This document shows positions 35,924 to 38,364 of a DNA stretch of 38,364 nucleotides, in pieces. Both the position numbers and the translations under genes were made by a program. The stretch comes from Thermodesulfovibrionales bacterium (GTDB lineage: Bacteria > Nitrospirota > Thermodesulfovibrionia > Thermodesulfovibrionales > UBA6898). Each line of letters opens with the position of its first letter. Position 1 is the stretch's first letter. Where the stretch lies: assembly GCA_044450345.1 (NCBI GenBank), contig JBIOIY010000028.1:1-38364 (forward strand), given 5' to 3'. The notes beneath the pieces are model-generated. The model ran no database searches, had not been told where the DNA came from, and was given only the letters and a program-made list of their open reading frames with translations.

Positions 35924-37345
35924 ATGCATATCGGTCCGAAAACAAAGTTGGATGAGCTTTTGTGCACCTATCCCTTTCTCAAGGATTTTCTTATTCAGAC
36001 GGATCAACATTTCAAGACCCTGGACAATCCGCTGGTGAGAAAGACTCTCGGCCGGGTGGCCACCCTCAGCAGGGTTGCCATGGTTGGAGGGATAGAATTG
36101 AACAAACTCATGGATGACATAGCAGGGGAGATCACAAGACGAACAAGGGAGGGGGTTACGGTTGAGAGGGAAGAGAGGCCCGAGATAGTTACCGGGTCCG
36201 AACAGAGGATAGAGGCGCTCAAGGAGATAATAAAAGACCTGCACAAAGGAGTTGACGTAAAGACAGTGAAGCAGCGTTTTCTTGAGCTTATCAGAGATGT
36301 TGCGCCCACGGAAATTGCAAATATGGAACAGCGTCTAATAAGCGAGGGCATGCCGGAAGAGGAGGTAAAGAGGCTCTGCGATGTACATGTCGAGGTATTC
36401 AAAGAGAGCCTTGAAGACAAGGTCGTTCCAGGACTGCCGGCGGGTCATCCTGTACACACTTTTATGCTCGAAAACCGCACAGCTGAGGGGATAGTCAGAC
36501 AGATACAGGCCGTCCACGATATAGGGAATGACAAGGAGGTGCTTACGACACTTCTCGATAAGCTCTCTTCCATTAACCTGCATTATGTGAGAAAGGAGAA
36601 TCAGCTATTTCCGGTCCTCGAGGCACATGGCATCTCCGGGCCGTCAAAAGTCATGTGGGCTCTTCACGACGACATACGGATGATGATGAAGGAAGTCTTA
36701 GGTAAGGCGGGGAGAGGCACGGTGACTCCACTGGAAGTGAAGACACTCCTCCATATGATCAATGACATGATTTACAAGGAGGAGCATATACTCTTCCCCA
36801 TGGCTCTTGAGACTCTGGGAGACAACGACTGGGAGAACGTTAAGGCAGGGGAAGAAGAAGTCGGATTCGCCTGGATCAAGCCGATAAAAGAATGGAAGCC
36901 TTCGGAGGGACCGTATCAGGAAAAGATGCCAGCTGAAAAAGTAGGAAGCCTGACTCTTGACACAGGACTATTGACTGCAGAACAGATCAATCTCCTCCTC
37001 AAACATCTGCCTGTCGATATATCCTTTGTCGATGAGCATGACAAGGTGGCCTATTACTCTCAAACAGAAGACAGGATTTTTCCCAGGAGCCCCGGCATAA
37101 TCGGCAGGACCGTACAGAACTGCCACCCTTCCAAGAGCGTCCAGATTGTCAATAGTATACTGGAAGAGTTCAAGTCCGGAAGAAAAGACAGTTCCGAGTT
37201 CTGGATACAGATGAAAGGGAGGTTCATCCATATCCGCTATTTTGCGGTGCGGGACAGCAGAGGCACTTACAGGGGGACGCTCGAAGTCAGTCAGGACGTT
37301 ACATCCATCAGGGGACTCGAAGGGCAGAAAAGACTGCTGGATTAG
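35924..37345 (+). CDS. DUF1858-DUF438-hemerythrin-PAS domain protein
   Basis: EQRLISEG..LCDVH..VF, GHPVHTF, HYVRKENQLFP, MWALHDDIR, KEEHILFP, PVDISFVD..RIFPR..NCHP; SD GGAGG. Confidence 0.92.
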   Translation: MHIGPKTKLDELLCTYPFLKDFLIQTDQHFKTLDNPLVRKTLGRVATLSRVAMVGGIELNKLMDDIAGEITRRTREGVTVEREERPEIVTGSEQRIEALKEIIKDLHKGVDVKTVKQRFLELIRDVAPTEIANMEQRLISEGMPEEEVKRLCDVHVEVFKESLEDKVVPGLPAGHPVHTFMLENRTAEGIVRQIQAVHDIGNDKEVLTTLLDKLSSINLHYVRKENQLFPVLEAHGISGPSKVMWALHDDIRMMMKEVLGKAGRGTVTPLEVKTLLHMINDMIYKEEHILFPMALETLGDNDWENVKAGEEEVGFAWIKPIKEWKPSEGPYQEKMPAEKVGSLTLDTGLLTAEQINLLLKHLPVDISFVDEHDKVAYYSQTEDRIFPRSPGIIGRTVQNCHPSKSVQIVNSILEEFKSGRKDSSEFWIQMKGRFIHIRYFAVRDSRGTYRGTLEVSQDVTSIRGLEGQKRLLD

Positions 37346-37376
37346 GACTGATTAATGTTCTGATTTGGAATAAATT

Positions 37377-37410
37377 AAAAAAGTCAGCCCTACATTCGGC
37401 TGACCTTTTT
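37377..37410. terminator. Bidirectional intrinsic terminator between convergent genes
   Basis: A6-GTCAGCC-8 nt-GGCTGAC-CTTTTT. Confidence 0.75.
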
Positions 37411-37438
37411 GCTATCTGGTCCCACGCACTTATCTGCC

Positions 37439-37735
37439 TTATCCGCCAAAGTCACTCTGAGAGATATTGTCCCATACCCTTGGGGTCTGCTCAGGCCAGA
37501 TGACATCATGACCGGCTTCCCTTTGAGGTTGCCAACTTGTCATACACGTCCGGGTCAGTCCCTCTATCCTGTCGCTAAGCTCGTCGGTTATCATGTGCAA
37601 CTCATTGACTTCAAAGAATAGCCTTTCTTTGTCCCCTGTTGAAGCATGATCCAGCTTCCTGACCACGCCGTCTACTTTAGCCTTCCAGCCTGCCAATTCG
37701 GCAGTTACGTTTGTGCAATAATCTTTGATCTCCAT
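37439..37735 (-). CDS. Hypothetical coiled-coil protein
   Basis: 98 aa, SD AAAGGAG; DYC..ELAGWKAK..L..TC..SW.P. Confidence 0.75.
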   Translation of the reverse strand: MEIKDYCTNVTAELAGWKAKVDGVVRKLDHASTGDKERLFFEVNELHMITDELSDRIEGLTRTCMTSWQPQREAGHDVIWPEQTPRVWDNISQSDFGG

Positions 37736-38189
37736 GGTAATCTCCTTTCATCGTAAGGTTGTCTTCTTTTCAAAATCCTTAATTAAATTCCCTTATTCTT
37801 AATTTCACTATATTCCCTTTTCAGTGTAATTACAAAGCCATGATATGACGTTTTTTCCGGGGATTATGACGAAATTAAGTTAAATAAGACAAATATGGTC
37901 CGCTATACAAGAAATGGCTGTCGTGCAGTCAAATTAGCACAGATTCTAGGTTCTAACTGCGACACTATTTCAGATAAAGAGGTTGTAGAGGGGTAGGCAG
38001 TACTGAAACGAGATAATTTTAGGACTGGGCATCTCTTTACAGATATACCGGAAAGTCAGGAAGTACTGTGAGTCTCTCACAGTCGAAATCCAGGGTGACC
38101 GATGCAAGTGCAAATCTCAAGAAGATGGGCTATGCAGCGAAGTGTTGTGGCGGCTGAGCCGATAGTAGGGTCTCTTTTCTATTATCTTC

Positions 38190-38291
38190 TTGACTAAATG
38201 CAGTGAGCGTGTTAGCCTAATAGCAGAATTTTAGAAGTTTTTGCGTTTACAGCGGCTACAAAGACTTTTGACTTTGTGGCCGCTTTTTCTT
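38190..38291 (+). promoter_or_regulatory. csp promoter and long 5' UTR containing a terminator-like hairpin
   Basis: TTGACT-17-TAGCCT with extended TG; AGCGGCTACAAAG/CTTTGTGGCCGCT stem followed by TTTTCTT. Confidence 0.6.
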
Positions 38292-38334
38292 GGGGCCTTC
38301 TGAGATTTGAGTTTATAAAAAGGAGGTAAAAGAA

Positions 38335-38364
38335 ATGGCACAAGGAACAGTGAAATGGTTTAAC
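38335..38364 (+). CDS. csp: Cold-shock protein, 5' end (runs off the window)
   Basis: SD AAGGAGGT; MAQGTVKWFN. Confidence 0.92.
   Translation, partial: MAQGTVKWFN

Noticed and set aside
37860..38160. Possible hidden gene, including a CCGG-TGA frame, in the gap before csp
   Set aside because: Frames are short, lack an SD/start and show no recognisable homology or SECIS-like hairpin

Overview
Bacterial chromosomal window of moderate GC, from an anaerobe. Gene content and order suggest Nitrospirota (Thermodesulfovibrionia-like) or a Desulfobacterota-like lineage (inference). The housekeeping backbone is ilvBN, acyP, bioB, bioW, a DAGK-family kinase, mnmA, ilvC, psd, ettA, a DHH phosphoesterase, rhlE and the start of a csp gene. 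The most striking accessory unit is a minus-strand selenium/sulfur cluster at about 6.6-11.5 kb: dsrE-dsrF-dsrH-sqr-arsR-selD-tauE. Two of its genes are broken in the ORF track by in-frame TGA codons that fall exactly on catalytic positions (SelD C-A-G-U14-A-A-K; DsrE U77-G-G-C80). Each TGA is followed by a SECIS-like hairpin with GUGC at the apex, so both are probable selenoproteins. Other notable units: a NosL-like/MacB-type ABC/Cys-His membrane protein operon with no nos genes in view; a GltD/NfnB-like-ferredoxin-MvhD fusion coupled to metV-metF; a wHTH + nucleotidyltransferase TA-like cassette with a double palindromic operator and flanking direct repeats; three collapsed gene remnants (ArsR tail, MshEN, CxxCH); GTAG-type REP-like hairpins; and a 152-nt long hairpin between ilvC and psd. 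No rRNA, tRNA, CRISPR array or intact transposase was seen. All calls come from reading the sequence by eye; no searches were run.
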